DNA of 64,000 nucleotides from Bugula neritina (Eukaryota; Animalia; Bryozoa). Every line of letters begins with the position of its first letter. Position 1 is the stretch's first letter. The notes beneath the pieces are model-generated. The model was not told the DNA's origin. It ran no database searches and saw only the letters and a program-made list of their open reading frames with translations. Location: the NCBI GenBank assembly GCA_964035545.1, contig OZ037767.1, positions 3,736,707 through 3,800,706 on the forward strand, given 5' to 3'. The position numbers were made by a program, and so were the translations under genes. Of the stretch, positions 42,751 through 57,637 are shown piece after piece.

Positions 42751-45026
42751 AGAAAGTAATAGTGTCATAGGAATATTTAAAATACATAAAACTGTATAGT
42801 ATGAAATGCAAGAGAGGACACGTAGCCTATAATTATATCTCCTTCTTTGTATAAAAGGGTTCTGAGAAGAGGACATGTGCCAATTTATGACCAGATTAAT
42901 TTTGCTCCATAAATCTCTGTCAAAAGCAGTTGATTTATGGTTTGTGGCATAGAAAAACGTTACGATGGGTTGTTAGTTTGACCACCCATTAGCTAACCTG
43001 TTGAGCTGAAAGATCATTGGCTATCTTTGACATTCCAAACATATAGAGTGCTCACGTCCCAATCATTTCATTTGCTTCCAATGACTAAATTTAATTGCAA
43101 TTTCAGTCAATACTTTATCAACATTAATATTACTATGCTATTTATTTTCTTTCATGTATCAAGTTAATTGCATTCTTAAAGAAAATAATGCACTAGACTT
43201 GAATTAACTGGTATTGCATCTGTTTAAGCTCTTACCACAGTCAATATGTGTTTATTTTATGGTAAATCTGCTGAAAAATTCAAATATTTCTTTATTGGAT
43301 TGTACAGACAAGGTTGTTTAACTCATAGACAAGTGTTCTACTTTTTATTTTCAAATTTAGGTGCAAGTTCTGCCCAAACACTGATAAGAAAATTAAAAAC
43401 CAAGACTAATGAATTTTGGTGTGCAGTGAATAATGACCTTGCAGATCTTAAGTACTGGTGAACCAAGAAATATACTTTGTATGCAGTAGGTAATTTAATG
43501 AAGTATAACTAGTATAGTTGCCATTAGTAGTTCAAAATATAAGATATATAGTCTGGTAAACTAGACCTAATAATATAAAGCAGGTAATTAAATATACATA
43601 CCTCGGGTACAACCTATGTAGAATAGATGGACTGTGAGCAAGTGTATCAGCTTACTGAAATAGCAATAGTTTGGGTGCTCTGGGTAGTATTTTCCATAAC
43701 TTTTTGGATTCTACAATGTATAACTATAAGTTACTATAACACTTTTTCTTATACAAGATGATTCCCTCTAAACTTTCAATTCACCTTAAATATATTGTAT
43801 TTTCCTATATTTCAAGTTATTTTAAACAACAAAATATTGTCAGCATAGACTTATCTCATGTGGCAGCATAACATAAGTACAAGTTTCTACCTGATGCAAT
43901 GTTAGCAATGCATATTAGAAATTCAACTGTATGGAAGTGTCAGCCAATATGCTTATTCTAGTATTACAATGTTCTGGAGAGATTGTAATGAGTGCAGCTG
44001 GCTACTATTTGTAATATCTACCATAATTATTGAAATCAATTTTAAAGACTTAAAAAAAACAATAATATCAGAATGGCATATATTAATTGAAAATGTGTTA
44101 AATTGACGCATGCAATCATAAGGTGTCAACGACAATCTTTATTCCTGCCTTTTAAAAGACAGTAAAAGTTAAAAAAGTATGCAAAGGAGACACTCTTTTT
44201 TAACCTCGATGCAATGGCACTTCAAAAAGAAATTACAACAATTATCATATGAATTAAAATATAAGTTAGAATAAATTATTCTGGTTTTTGCTGGTGTAAG
44301 TATTTTGCTACACTACAAACCACAATACTACATCGTTGATACGCCCTAATCAATATAGACTATTATCAACGCCTGAACAAATCTCTTCTTTCATTAGGGT
44401 TAAGAATTTTTTCTTTAACTACTGTTTTGTTTTAAGAAAGACAACATGAATGAGCAGCTATTATTGCATAGATTATAGAAAACTGCATTGTGTTCAAATC
44501 GATACGACATAAATGAGATATTGATCCTAGTCAGCATCTCAAAGCCTTGCACTAAACTAGAAGCCTAAGACATAAATCCAATCCACTGGTCCAGAAAATT
44601 GACTTTATCCATTCAAACTTTTGCATAATAAAAGAACTCTAAACAAATTATCATTAAATAATTGTCTGAGATAATTATTCGAACCGACAATGTTGTTTGA
44701 CTGCTTCACTACGTTATTAATTGTTCATCATTGCTGAGTTATGCAAGCTTTTTAGACTAACTTCTTGTTATTCTAGCATCTATAGGTTTAAGCAGGTAAG
44801 TTTCAGTGCTATACAGTTACATATTTTTACAGGTGATTAAATTGCCAAATAACTTTTCTAAAAGAGTATCAAATTTCAAAAGATTTCTAACTTATTATAT
44901 TAACCCACTATAGCAGTCAATGGGTTATGACACTTCAGTAAATGAAGAAAAATGTGTTAATTATTTCGCTAATAGGTTTCTTAGCTGTAAGTTTGATTTT
45001 AGCAGGCATCTGAATTCTAGATCCTA

Positions 45027-45028
<2 letters not shown>

Positions 45029-45059
<31 letters not shown>
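45029..45059. repeat. (CTG)n microsatellite
   Basis: ctgctgctg... Confidence 0.9.
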
Positions 45060-45061
<2 letters not shown>

Positions 45062-46260
45062 TTTATGAGCACTATAATAGTAAAATAAGTCGTTACATAA
45101 TAGAGTGAAAAGAGTAAATACTGTGACAATCAGCTGTTGACACAAGCAATAGGAATGTCGCATACTAAAAGCAAGTTAATACTAAAAAGAAAGATTGTTA
45201 TTTTGGTGTGTAATTCAGGATCAATATAATAATATATCAATTAGCACTTTATTCAATACGCTGCCGCCAATATGTCTGACAGCATGAATATTCTGCTATA
45301 TAATAAGCAGAGTTGCATATTTTACTTGACTTTATTAATGCCCAAGCATTTATATAAGTAACTTTAGCTAGAAATTTCTTTTGTAACACTTTCTTAAATA
45401 ATTGATTAGCGATATGGATTATATAATAATTATACAAACACTTAATTGTGTCAACTTTCATGTAAATATTGTAATAAATGCTACTGTTACTTGGTCAAAC
45501 CTTTCTCACCAACTTAATATATATGAACTTAATTGTTAGATTGGCACTAAAACATGTATATAATGTAAGATACAGAATTCAGTTGTTTTAACCTTTCTAT
45601 ATTTTTGCTAGTATACTGTAATAACACATGTTAAATTATTAAAATATATTGTATTGTGATAACATAATATATTACATGTTATCATATTGTGAGATAGCAC
45701 TAGAAAAATATACTAACAGGAAGAGCTTGTGGTTTTCAGAAGTAGTGAGGGAATTATGTATAGTGTATGAGCCATAATTATAATAGAGTCTGTCACTTTT
45801 AGCCCTTACAGTCTCATGCACCAATAATTTAAATATATAATATATATAACAAGGTACGTCAATATTATATTTTGTCATGACAGTTCAATAAATTTCAACA
45901 TTATTCATTCTTCAAGACAACTATAGTAACAAAGGCACATGAGAAACAGTATTTGGTTTGTTTACAATATTATTACAATTATCATTATATTATTATTATT
46001 GTTATATTAATAATATAATAACATTATTATAATCATAATATTATTTTATCATGATATTATTATATTGTATAATGGTTATAAATTATAGTTTCAAATGCAA
46101 GATGGGCAATTTATGTTGTGATCATGAATAATTATTTGTACATTTTTATTAGCAACTAATATTTTAACAAGAAGTTATGCTCCCAATTGCTAGCAGTTTG
46201 AAGTTGTGAATATATTACATATAATGTCTTCTATCAAATTTCTAAAATCTGCAAATCGCT

Positions 46261-46385
46261 CACACACACACGCACACACGCACACGCGCACACGCACACA
46301 CGCACACACGCACACACGCACACACGCACACACGCACACACGCACACACGCACACACGCACACACGCACACACGCACACACGCAC

Positions 46386-46423
<38 letters not shown>

Positions 46424-46432
46424 ACACACACA
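46261..46432. repeat. Compound (CA)n/(CACACG)n microsatellite
   Basis: cacacgcacacacg... run. Confidence 0.95.
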
Positions 46433-49058
46433 CTGCATACGCACTGATGTCCACAAAACACGGTGTGGTGATATAAAACAAATTATAACATTTTGAAATG
46501 CAATTGTTAAGCTAGCTATTGTTATCGGTGTACAAAATTAAACCATTGTGAAAATTGCATAGTCATAGTTAATTCCACAACACTGCTTATATTTATTGAT
46601 TTCCAGGTGTCGATTGTATGTAGATAAGAGAATGTCAAGATAACAAAATCAAACCTAAACTTATTAATAAACTATTATTGTAACTATCAAGGGTGAAGCC
46701 TAATCTAGTGCAATGCGTGACTGCACCTTGGTCTCAGAATTTCAACTTCATCACTGCTCAGCAATCTTGCTATGCATGGAATTTTCACGCATGCGCCTGG
46801 TAACCGTTTCATCACGTTCTTGCACTCACCTGTTGATTATGAATGATTGATCACTTTTTACGGCTCATTTTCCAACCGCTATTTATCAAACCAGAATCAA
46901 ATGAGAATATCGAATATTCAAAGTTAGCTATACTTGCAGTCTAAAATAATTTATACAGCCTCTATTTGAAAACCTGAAGAAGTACAATTAATTGTTAATA
47001 TGTTTTTCTGAAGGGGTAAGTTAGAGATATTAGCATGAGTTTTGTAAAAGTGCCTACATGCAGCTGAGTGGTTACCAAGTTCAATGTTATATTTTAATAA
47101 TCTCCTTTATGTAGACTGCAAAGCTGTTTATTACAATCGTCCTTATGCTGTACTTCTGGTGCAGCGTTTACCGCCCTCAACCAACCTACCCACCTTTATT
47201 AAAACTGTTTGATGACTGCATATTATGTAATGCAAAGTCTGTTCGACTGAATAGCAAAGCATTTTCAGTAGTAGATTGTTATGGGTTAACAAATTTCAGT
47301 GGCAAAGTAGTTTTTGAAGAATTTCATTGAATTCACTAATAAAATAAGACGGCAATATCAGGTTGAATCAATTGAGTCAAAGTTGCTAAGTTTATGCTGC
47401 CATACTGAAATCATGTATACACAAATAAATCAATAATTTAATTATTTTTTTTAAAAATATCAATTTCATACCAAATGGTTTCCGCATGCACGCACACGTG
47501 CACCACACAGTCATCTGGTCACTTCATGAATCCATGAATGCAGCTGCTATAATAAATTTCAGACAATAGATGTTTGTTTACGTTAGAAAAGCATTTATTA
47601 GTCTTTCAATTATTGATATTGGAGACAGAATAAATTAAATATAGTGTCACTCTCTATATCTCAGTTTACTACGCTTGAGTAGCGCACTTCATAGTTCATT
47701 TACACAGTCACATATTTAGTTAATGGAAAATCCTAGCTCTTCCTGCAGTATTCTATCTGTTGAACAGCAGACGACTAGTTTAAGCAGACGATACTGCGTG
47801 CTGTGATTTAGTACTTCGAGAAGAATCTAGTTAGTGTAAGATTAAATAGCTTATTACACTCTGTGGCAGGCAACTAGAGGATTACATAATCATAATCACC
47901 ATTGTTTTACTGTAAGGAGAACATTACTGCATATAATTGAAAATATACAGCATCGCCTCTGCTGCCTTTTTCCAGGTTTTTGTTTTTGCATAGAATCATT
48001 GATTAAAAAGAGTTAGAAGCCAAATTCTTTCAAATATTATATGCGTGCTGTTAGATAAATCATATGTTGTAACCTTGCTACTAATGATTTTTAATCTACT
48101 AAATTAAAACACGTTAGTACTAAATATGCATTTAGGGGAAAACATATTGCAATGTAGATTGCACTTTTTCAGGCTAAACTAACATTTCAACCTAAAATAC
48201 TCAATATAGTTTAGTATTTGAAGAGCATTCTTGTTGAGAAGATATTCAATGCTATTCTTTCTTTTTGGCAATGACTTGAAAATAACATTATATCTCGTTG
48301 TATAATGTATTATATAGTTGGTATACCATATATTATATATACATGTATATTGTAGCTATATTATAGGTATATTGTAAGTATATCATAAATATATTGAAGG
48401 TGTATTGCAGGTATATTGTAAGTATTATTGCTGGTATAGTGCATGTATTATCTCCCGGCATATGGTGTATATATTGTGTGTACTAGAAGTAGAGGTTTCA
48501 AGCTGATAAATAAAGCACTTTATCTTTCTTCAACTGAGGTTGCATTATAACCCTAAGCTATAATAAGTTGCTATGCTACAAACTTATCCTTTAATTAATG
48601 TTAAAATCTTAGCAACACTTTTTCAAAACAAACAAATTAAACTCTGAAATTGGTTGAAGGCTTTACAATAGCATTAATGATCTTGGTCTAAATTCTAAAA
48701 CATAGGCTCGGTATCATAAGTAGGAAATTGCTCTGTAAGTAATCTGCAAAACTCAGTAAAGTCTATATACAAATTTTTTATAATTATTGCCTGATATGAA
48801 CACACAAGGACAAACTAATGCAGTATTTCAAGAAGTTCACTAAAAATATGCTAAGGTTTTGGGTTTATTCCTTGGCTTATCTTTTTCACTAAATTATGTA
48901 TAGAAGCTGTTAATAATTCACTTTTCTTTTTTATTAGAGACTAAAGACGACAATTTTATTCCTATACACCTTCAGCAATGGATCTTGTTTTCTCACACCA
49001 ACCCTGCTACGCTTCACAAGGAATGATAATCACCTAAAGATAAAAGTGCAAGAATTAG

Positions 49059-49121
49059 CCAATCAGGGACCGGATCATCTTCTACCTGTCACTAATTACT
49101 GTAATTGAAGTGATATATAAA
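49059..49121 (+). promoter_or_regulatory. Candidate core promoter (CCAAT box 49059-49063, TATA-like 49114-49121) of the YeeE/YedE gene
   Basis: agccaatc ... tatataaa immediately before exon 1. If this TATA is real, ATG 49123 is probably not transcribed and ATG 50968 is the start. Confidence 0.45.
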
Positions 49122-49122
49122 C

Positions 49123-52100
49123 ATGAATACGCAAGCAGAATACACTGCGGCACCAGCCGAAGATCACTTTGAAGTGAGACACAACGGAGAGCACACTATA
49201 ACCAGACCACGGAAGTTGACCCCTCTTCCTACAAGACCTCCGATACGACTTGAACCCTTGTATTCCGTCTCAAACGCACCTTCCACAGATTTAGTAAGTA
49301 GAGTTGCTCTATTACACAATATTAAATAATGTTTTGTTCATTACGCAGTATAATGTTGTTAGGTACACTTATTCAAGTTGCATGCATTATGTTGAGTTGT
49401 GATAGAGTTTTGCATTATAGATCATTTTAAAAATTAAAACACAAGTCTATTTTTAGCATTTTTAATTAATAAGTAATTCTATATTTCTAGTTTGCCGTTA
49501 GCAGGTATTTACTGCATGCCTATGAACACAACAAAATTAATTTTTACTTTTAGAAGTTTTTTCAAAAAGTATATTATTGTTGACGTATTGCTGTAAAGTT
49601 TTGCATGCTTCCTGTGATTGCTCACCAAGTTCTTTGGTAATGTTGTAAACCAACGTACGTGATCTACATAATATTTTGGTGGCAACCTTAGTAAAATCCA
49701 CTGTTCATGCTGGTATGTGTAAAGCAATAGTAGCATAAATTATGAACTGTAGTAACTACATTGTGTGTGACGCACGTGGGATACGATGCTAGGTCAACTC
49801 GTAATGTGTTCACATGCTCTCAGTGGGCTAGAAAAACATTACAGTTTAACTCTATATGAACAGGGTTTTGTCTAAAAAACAAAAATACTTTTTCACTTTA
49901 AACTAGAGTTTGTTTATTTAGGCAGTCATACAAATCTATATTTAGCAAGTGCAGTAGAATAGTGATATTGTTATATTTATAAAATTGTAATACTTAGTAC
50001 AGCATGTTCCCATACGATTCAGTCAATGTGCCGAGCACTTAGCCACTGAGTGTTTGAAACCTGCTTCTTTCTCCTTCTCCAGATTAATTTTAATTCACTT
50101 TTATCCTTCATTATAAACATACAAATTTGGCAGTTAGAAAAACGAGTCCAGTTTCCAAAATTCAACCCGTACAGCAGTTGGTAAATACGACCTGCAGAAA
50201 TTAATTCCATGCTGAAGAAGTTTTGAATAGTAAATATTCTGCTAAGTACTATTATGCAAAACCTGACACATTGACACTCTTATTACGGTACTTGGACACA
50301 AAACAAATGTAATAGCTGCATGCATCAACATATAAATTTGTTTTGATCATCACGTAGCAAAGTTATAAAACATTCTATTGTTGTCTCTTTCACATGAATT
50401 AGAAAACTGCATTCACCTTTTTCACTCACAAGACATAAGTTGGACTTGTTAGTTTACTCTCAGAGGATGGTTGCTTCAATTTGCTATGTTACCGATGTGA
50501 GTATTGGGATTTGTCAAGGAAAATTATCAAATTTTAAAAATTAGTTTGGTAACATTTTGCAAGTTTTAAAATAAAAATTTGAGAATTTAGATCATTCAAA
50601 AATGTTGGTGCATGTATTGGCTGGTGAACTTGTTTATTTAACTTTTTTCACCCCCTACAGCGCCAAATTCTTAGCCTTTACACATTTGTTTTTCTTTGCA
50701 TTCATTAAACTTATTCACATTTTTTACTATCCGTAGCATGAACAATATCAAAAGGAAATATTTTTTGGTTCATTAGGTAATACCTTAGGATATAACACTA
50801 TACATGTTAACAATAACCTATGAATTACCAGTTGTTATATATCTTTTGTAAGATTTAAAAAAACATTTCATTTGAATTATGAAGTGAATTGCAGGCCAGT
50901 TCATTTAGAGCCTGCATTTAGAACTGTTTGCATACCCTTCTAAATTTGATACTTGTAGGGCATTAAAATGGAGCGGCAGATATCCACCATTCCTTTAGTG
51001 AATGAAAAGGAACAAAATGGACTCAACACCAGCAGCACATCAATGGATATGACAGCAGAGCTATCAAAACATAAACTGGTAACCAAACACAGCCAAGTCT
51101 CTCCTGCAGAGTTCGTACAGGAGACGAAGGATAAAAATGACACAACATCAAATAGCGATTCCAATAATAACACGGAGAAAGACACAAACTGTGTATTAGC
51201 AGGAAAAATTATCACAGCGATTTTAACAGGAATGTATTTTGGGTGGTTTTTACAGAAATCTACAGGTGAGTAATAGAATGCATACAGTTTGGTAAATATT
51301 TGTTGGCATAAAATCAGTCGCAGTACAAATTATACAGCAGCTATACTAAGCTCAACGGTATTGACAATACAGTGATTATTCTGAAATTTGTCAAGATTTG
51401 ATACATTTATTTCTTTTAGCAAACACCTTGATAGGTTGAAAGTGATTCAGCTGGCATAATTTTGTATTACTCTCAGTAATTGAAATACATAATCTATACT
51501 ATAGGATATTTGTATAGGGTGTAGCCAATTACTATCTTTACTAAAATTTGTTTACCCAATCAATGCCAGTGTAACAATAATAACAACCATCGATTTTATC
51601 AAAATATTTTTATATATTCTTCTCCAATACTTAACAATCAGCCTACTCATCTACATAATATATTCCAGTGTTTGCTGTTTCAAACCAAACCCCAAATAGT
51701 TCTACTAAGTCATTATAGGCATATTCTAACTGAATTATCTATTGACTCAAAAGTTATTAAAAAAGTTATTAAAAATACTTTTCGTATATCGATAACATGA
51801 TTATGTTCAAATCAAAGTTGAAAACATTTAAATCAATTTAAAAAAAACTAATTAGAGCTTAGATGCACCTTTTGAAACTTTGCTTCAGTTATAGTCAATA
51901 GAGCATTATGAGTTTTCATTTAAAATCAAAGAGTGTTGTATTTTGAAAAATCTTATACAAAAAATATGCTGAGTTATATCAAATATCTCGATATTTACAA
52001 TTTCCATATTAACACTTCTTATAGTAATGGATTAATCTTTTATACCAAGAATGGCAACTGAACTAGACTTTTTTTATGAATGCTGATTACATTTTAACTG

Positions 52101-55100
52101 ATAAACTCTCCTGTTATTTTGTTTCAGTCTACAAGCCAGAAACTATAAGAAATCAGTTCTTATTTAGAGAGCTAATCATGTTCAAAATGTTCTTTGGCGT
52201 CCTACTAACAAGTAAGTATCAGAATATACTCATTGTAAGTCCACACTATAAGAGCTGTAGTTTACAAGTTTCTCTTCATATCATTGAATCTGTAGCTGGG
52301 ATGTGTTAGGTTTTTTGGGATAAAGTGGTCCAACTCCAAACTCACACATGTGCAAACCGAAACTTAGATTTTCAAGCAGAGAAAGGCGTACATCCTTTTG
52401 TCTTACAGTGCTTAGTGTAGAAATGTTGATTAGCTTTTAGCATGGGGTTCCAGTTTTGCATTTTTCATTTCGGTTTGGGTCGAGAAGTCACAACCCTCCA
52501 TGTACATCTTCCTATGTTGCTATACTGGTAATTGCACCCCCAAAAATAAACGAATGAGATAACTTAAAAAATAAAACCTAAAAGAAATGAGATAATTGGA
52601 AATTTCTACTTTGCAACTCAACAGTATATGTTGGAGGACTTCAGCTGGAAGTCCATAGTTGTACTGCACTGTATACACATACACAAAAATAAGTTGCATA
52701 TAGTTTTTGACTAAAATAAAAAGCCTTTATTCGTTCCACACACTGCAATGCTGTTTTTACAGGCCAGTTTGTGCTGTTGATACTATCCTATATTCCACAA
52801 ACAAAGCCTCATATAGAAGCTGCCAAACACGCATACACATCTTCATTGTGCCAGAAAGGAATTATCTCCACCGTAACTGGGACTTTTCTGCTCGGATGTG
52901 GCATGGCAGTAGCAGGAGCTGTAAGTCTTAGACTGATCATGTGACATAGAATGCATGACATATAAATATAATATTTCAGAAGTCATCAGATTGCTCTCAT
53001 CGTTCTATATCTCTTTTGATCCCATTTCTGTTTGACTGATAACAGCTGTTGTATGCAACAATTTCTAGCAAGCATTGATATGATAATCTACCCAAGTGTT
53101 AAAAGTGTGATTTATCAAAAACTTGAGCTTTTCAAATTTCCTTTTACACCCCTTGAAAGCCCCATCAACAGTCTCATAAATAACATTAAGTAATTTATTG
53201 AGGAACTGATTTTTGAGGATATAACCAGAATGCAGTATAAAAATAGATTAAAATTTTTATGATAAATTAAACTAGTGTAAGAGTTCACTACATAATGTTG
53301 GAGTGAGTTGATTTACTGTTATACCACTGTTAAAATCAAATTATGCTGGCCAATGACAGCATTTCTATCTAATATATTATGTAATAACGTATAGCGTATA
53401 TATTTGTAGTGTCCTGGCATGGTTCTAGCCCAAATTGGTAGTCTGGTACCAAATTCAGGTAAAGAACTGCACATCAAATATACTCAATAGCACTTAGGTG
53501 CAGAAACTGATAAATTTCAATAGTCCAAGATTTTTGATTTTTTTTTGAAAATTTTCTATAGTGTTTGCAATTAAATTATTGTGTATATATAATATACATC
53601 ATATAATATTTAATATAAAATGACAATGTTAATCATATTATAGTAAAAGTAATGTTTTCCTATTTGAATCAGTTGTCTTTCAACTATTTCCTGAGAAGCA
53701 ACACTCTATTTGTACTAATTTTCACTTTCAATAACTTCTAAACTACCTCAAATATTGTTTAAGGCTACTTAAACCCAAACCCAATCACAGAAACTTAAGT
53801 TAAAGTTTATGAGATGAATCCAGTTTTTCGGCCACCATACAAACTATGTATTGTATTGTATTTAATATCTTGTGCTACGAGTTGACTATAGAATGATTTC
53901 ACAAACCATGCAAATGAGTAATAGACCACGTGGTTATATGTGACTCAATAACTATCTTTATTTGTCCACTACCTACAAGTATGCTGGTATAGAATAGCAG
54001 GAATCTACATACTACACCAAATTCAACTAATAATTACAGAGTTTCTGATGATTAGTTAGGGTTCACTTAATATTGCAGGAGGCCTGCAGTGATAATGACT
54101 GACTTTCTCTGATTCTACTAGTATTTTATATGATCTAGATATTATAATTATAATATAAATTCAACTACAATTATACAAAGCATTATTACTATTCTTTCAA
54201 CAATGGTAGTGTGACCTAGTAGTCATGTGACCTAGTAGTCATGTGACCTAGTAGTCATGTGACCTACTAGTCATGTGACCTATTGATGCAATTTCACAAT
54301 TACTTTGAAAATAGAACTATAAAGTTTTGAATTGTTATGAGAAATATCTGAGTTATACGAAGTGTAACTAGTTTTAATATTATTACTTTCTCTTGTAGCT
54401 TACACTGTGCTAGGAGGAATAATTGGCTGTCTGCTATATGGCCTGCTACACAAGTACCTGGTGAAAGTGACAACACCCTCTGAGCCGTATACAACACACT
54501 TGTAAGTCTAGTCAGTATAGCCCTACTAGACAGGTCTTACATCTACAGTATTTTTGTTATAGCAGTCAGTGAACTTTAAGTTTTTGAAGACATGAGTTTT
54601 TGTACAACTGACATCCCAGACAATATATGAAACGAAATATTTTTACAAAAAATTTTCAAAAATGTTTCACTTACAATTAACTGTAGCAAAATGTCACCCG
54701 CAGAGTGTAATTTATATACTTGGCTGCAGTAGGCGCATAAAAGTTATTAACTTACCATAAAGGTTAAAAATACAAGCACTATATAGTAGATCACATTTAG
54801 TAACTGGCATTATATTACCTTTCATTTTGCTAATTGCCAGTTGCTAATTGCCAGTTTCTAATTGTCAATTGCCAGTTGCTCGTTGCTAGCTACATTTAGC
54901 CATGTACTACCCTGTTCTAGCATACATGAGAAGATAAAAGTACCTTATATAGCCCTAGCTCTTCCCTGTATGGTCCTGCTGATAGCAACCTTAGTTCTTA
55001 TGGATGTCTTCAAGCCTGAGAACCAGAAATGGCTAGACACAAAAGAGGTATCCAATAAAACATCATAGTCATCTCTGTTCAAATTTTTTTAAACCCTATT

Positions 55101-57637
55101 TTGGTAATCATCATAACAGTTGGAAAATAAATCAATAATGCATCAAATGAGTTTACTGTACTTGTTTATAAAGTGATGAGAATTTCAAAACAGTTGAAGT
55201 TTTGAATATCTATTTGCAGCCAATCTATGAACTAAGTCTTTACTGCTGCAATGTTTTAACTAGGTAGGAGGGATTTAAGACTAAATCTTTATTCTAGCAC
55301 ATGCAATATAAAAACATAAACTTTGAGAGTTGGAAATACTGCTAGCATAAGAAATCATCTGCTCAAAAATCAAATCAAAAACTACAAATTCTGGCTGCGG
55401 ACCAAAAAGTTGAATCCCAACATAAACAAATATTTCTTGATACTTATATATTTGGTTGAAATAAATATTACATTTATTCAGGAAATAAAACACCTAAAAC
55501 TTTGCGCTGAAAAATTTGCATAAGCATATTAATATCCTTCTGCTAACGTGATACACGTGACTTAGCTGTTCTTCGGAATTAGCATGAGTTGATGTAAATA
55601 GACCACAACATTAATCAAAGGTCATAAACCCAGGCAATGCCACACGCCTGCAGGCAGCTACGTGCAGCTGTCATTACTAAACTATGCATCTAGCGTTGGT
55701 GGGACTGCTGGTTGTGATTGTTTACCCAACATGGCAAGAGAACACTAATCAGCTCATTATATGCAACACCACAACTCATTGACTTTCACTGCAAAAGAGA
55801 CAATGAATTCATAATTTACATGGATTGTTAATCACTTTTGTTGTGGTTGTTAGAAGTTCCATATTTTGACCTAACTAACATCAGATGAGTTTTTAATGCA
55901 CTCTTACTTGTTCAAACTAATTTAGATGCCAGGAGTTAGAGCAGCGCTGATATACGTATATTTTATATAATATTGAAAAGTAATTATTAGTAATGCATTG
56001 CTGTATATAGTAGCCAAGATAATATATATCAACAATCAGAAACTAAATTAGAAAATATGCCAACAACACATAAGTGTATCAGACTTACATCCCCATGTTG
56101 ACACATTTAGTATTGGCACTACTAATATTTGCTATACATTAGCTTAGTTTCTGTATTTTGCAGATGAGCAACAACGTGACTTCCGATTTGCGTCCCAAAC
56201 TAAAACTATCGACGTGTGGAGAAGCAAGTAGTTGGTTTACTGAGGAAATGTGGTCGCCGTCTGTGTGTGGAGTGATTCTCGGCCTGATACAGCTGCCGAT
56301 AATTCTAGTGCTGACAGACACGATGGGCTCCAGCAGTGGGTAGGTGTAAAGATATATCAGTTATCTACTTTAATAATATAAGACTGAGATAGTTTACGTC
56401 TTTGAGCATAGGTTGGGGTTGCATCAAATATGTATCAGTAATTTGAAAGTTTAGCTATAAGAGTGATCTACCTGTAAACTTAACTTGCTAAGAAAATTTT
56501 AAAGTATAAAGTATATATGCCAGCAGAGATATATCTTTTATGCAGTTATAGACTACGTGCTTTAAATTTAAGCAATTAAATGCTATGTTCCCAATATGAG
56601 AATATATACAGTCAACCATTCTTAAGAAAAAGTAGCCTAATAATAATATTATATATTAGATATATTATTATGTTGATGCTCCTGGAATACATGAGGCACA
56701 TATTATAATATATGTTGTAGGTATATGGCTATTACCTCACAATGGGTGGTTACTAAACGACTCAAAGAAATGTTTCCATATATGGCTAAAGCTAAGTCTA
56801 GCATAGAGCACTATTGGATGGTGAGTCCATTGAGATGTATTTTATACTCCAGCTTTTTTAATACGACTGTTATCATGCAGAAAGAAATTAACATTCAAGT
56901 TAGGCATATAACATTATTTTAATGGTCTATACGTTTTTCTGTCTATTGTTATGGAAGAATACAAACTAGGTGCTGCCCAGTGTTTCCGAGAAGCCAATAT
57001 TTTGCTAATATTACTGTTGATTGTTTTCTTAGGTTTTCTACATAATAGCGGCAGCGTTAGGAGCAGGGCTGGCAGCTCTGTCTTCTTGCACCTTTTTCAA
57101 AGCCTCAGGACCTGTCTGGTGGCAGGGCCTACTCGGGGGATTCCTCATGCTCTTTGGATCTAGACTAGGTTCTGGCTGCACAAGGTAACACAACTCCCAG
57201 TTCTCTATAAATATTATCCAGTTAGATTGAAAAGACATGCATTCTATATCTGAGTTGTAGATTGTGATGTGTCGAAGCACTTGATTAGTTGTGGTCCCAT
57301 TTTTATACACATTTTAGCCTCTTTTACGTAGCTACAAACATTCATAGCAAAATATTTTCTAATATATATTGAAAAGTCTTTTTTTGTTAGACATTGTAGC
57401 TCATATTATATATTATGCAATGCTATAAACTGCAAAATAAACTTAATTTTCCATGTTTAGTATACTTATTATTGTAATTCAGTATTTAATAATGTTTATA
57501 GTGGTCACGGAATAAGTGGTGCAGCATTGTTGGTTGGTTTAAGCTGGATTGCCGTTCCATCTATGTTTGCCGGTGGAATCTGCACAGCATTTGCAATGGA
57601 ATATTCCGGAACTAATCTCTATGTGGATACCTGGTAA
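49123..57637 (+). CDS. YeeE/YedE-family (TsuA / PmpA-PmpB-like) sulfur-compound transporter, ~520 aa (~460 aa from ATG 50968). Exons 49123-49293, 50959-51265, 52128-52211, 52763-52920, 53410-53458, 54399-54501, 54921-55047, 56164-56339, 56721-56820, 57033-57184, 57502-57637
   Basis: GMYFGWFLQKSTVYKPETIRNQFLFRELIMFKMFFG; GTFLLGCGMAVAGACPGMVLAQIG; WSPSVCGVILGLIQLP...MGSSSGY; LLGGFLMLFGSRLGSGCTSGHGISG...SMFAGGI. Many Gly-rich TM helices; phase-consistent GT-AG exons total 1563 nt. Confidence 0.88.
54210..54282. repeat. 17-bp minisatellite with a GTCATGTGAC core
   Basis: tagtagtcatgtgacc x4. Confidence 0.9.

Noticed and set aside
46190-46496. His/Thr- and Cys/Val-rich ORFs
   Set aside because: Translations of a CA-type microsatellite.
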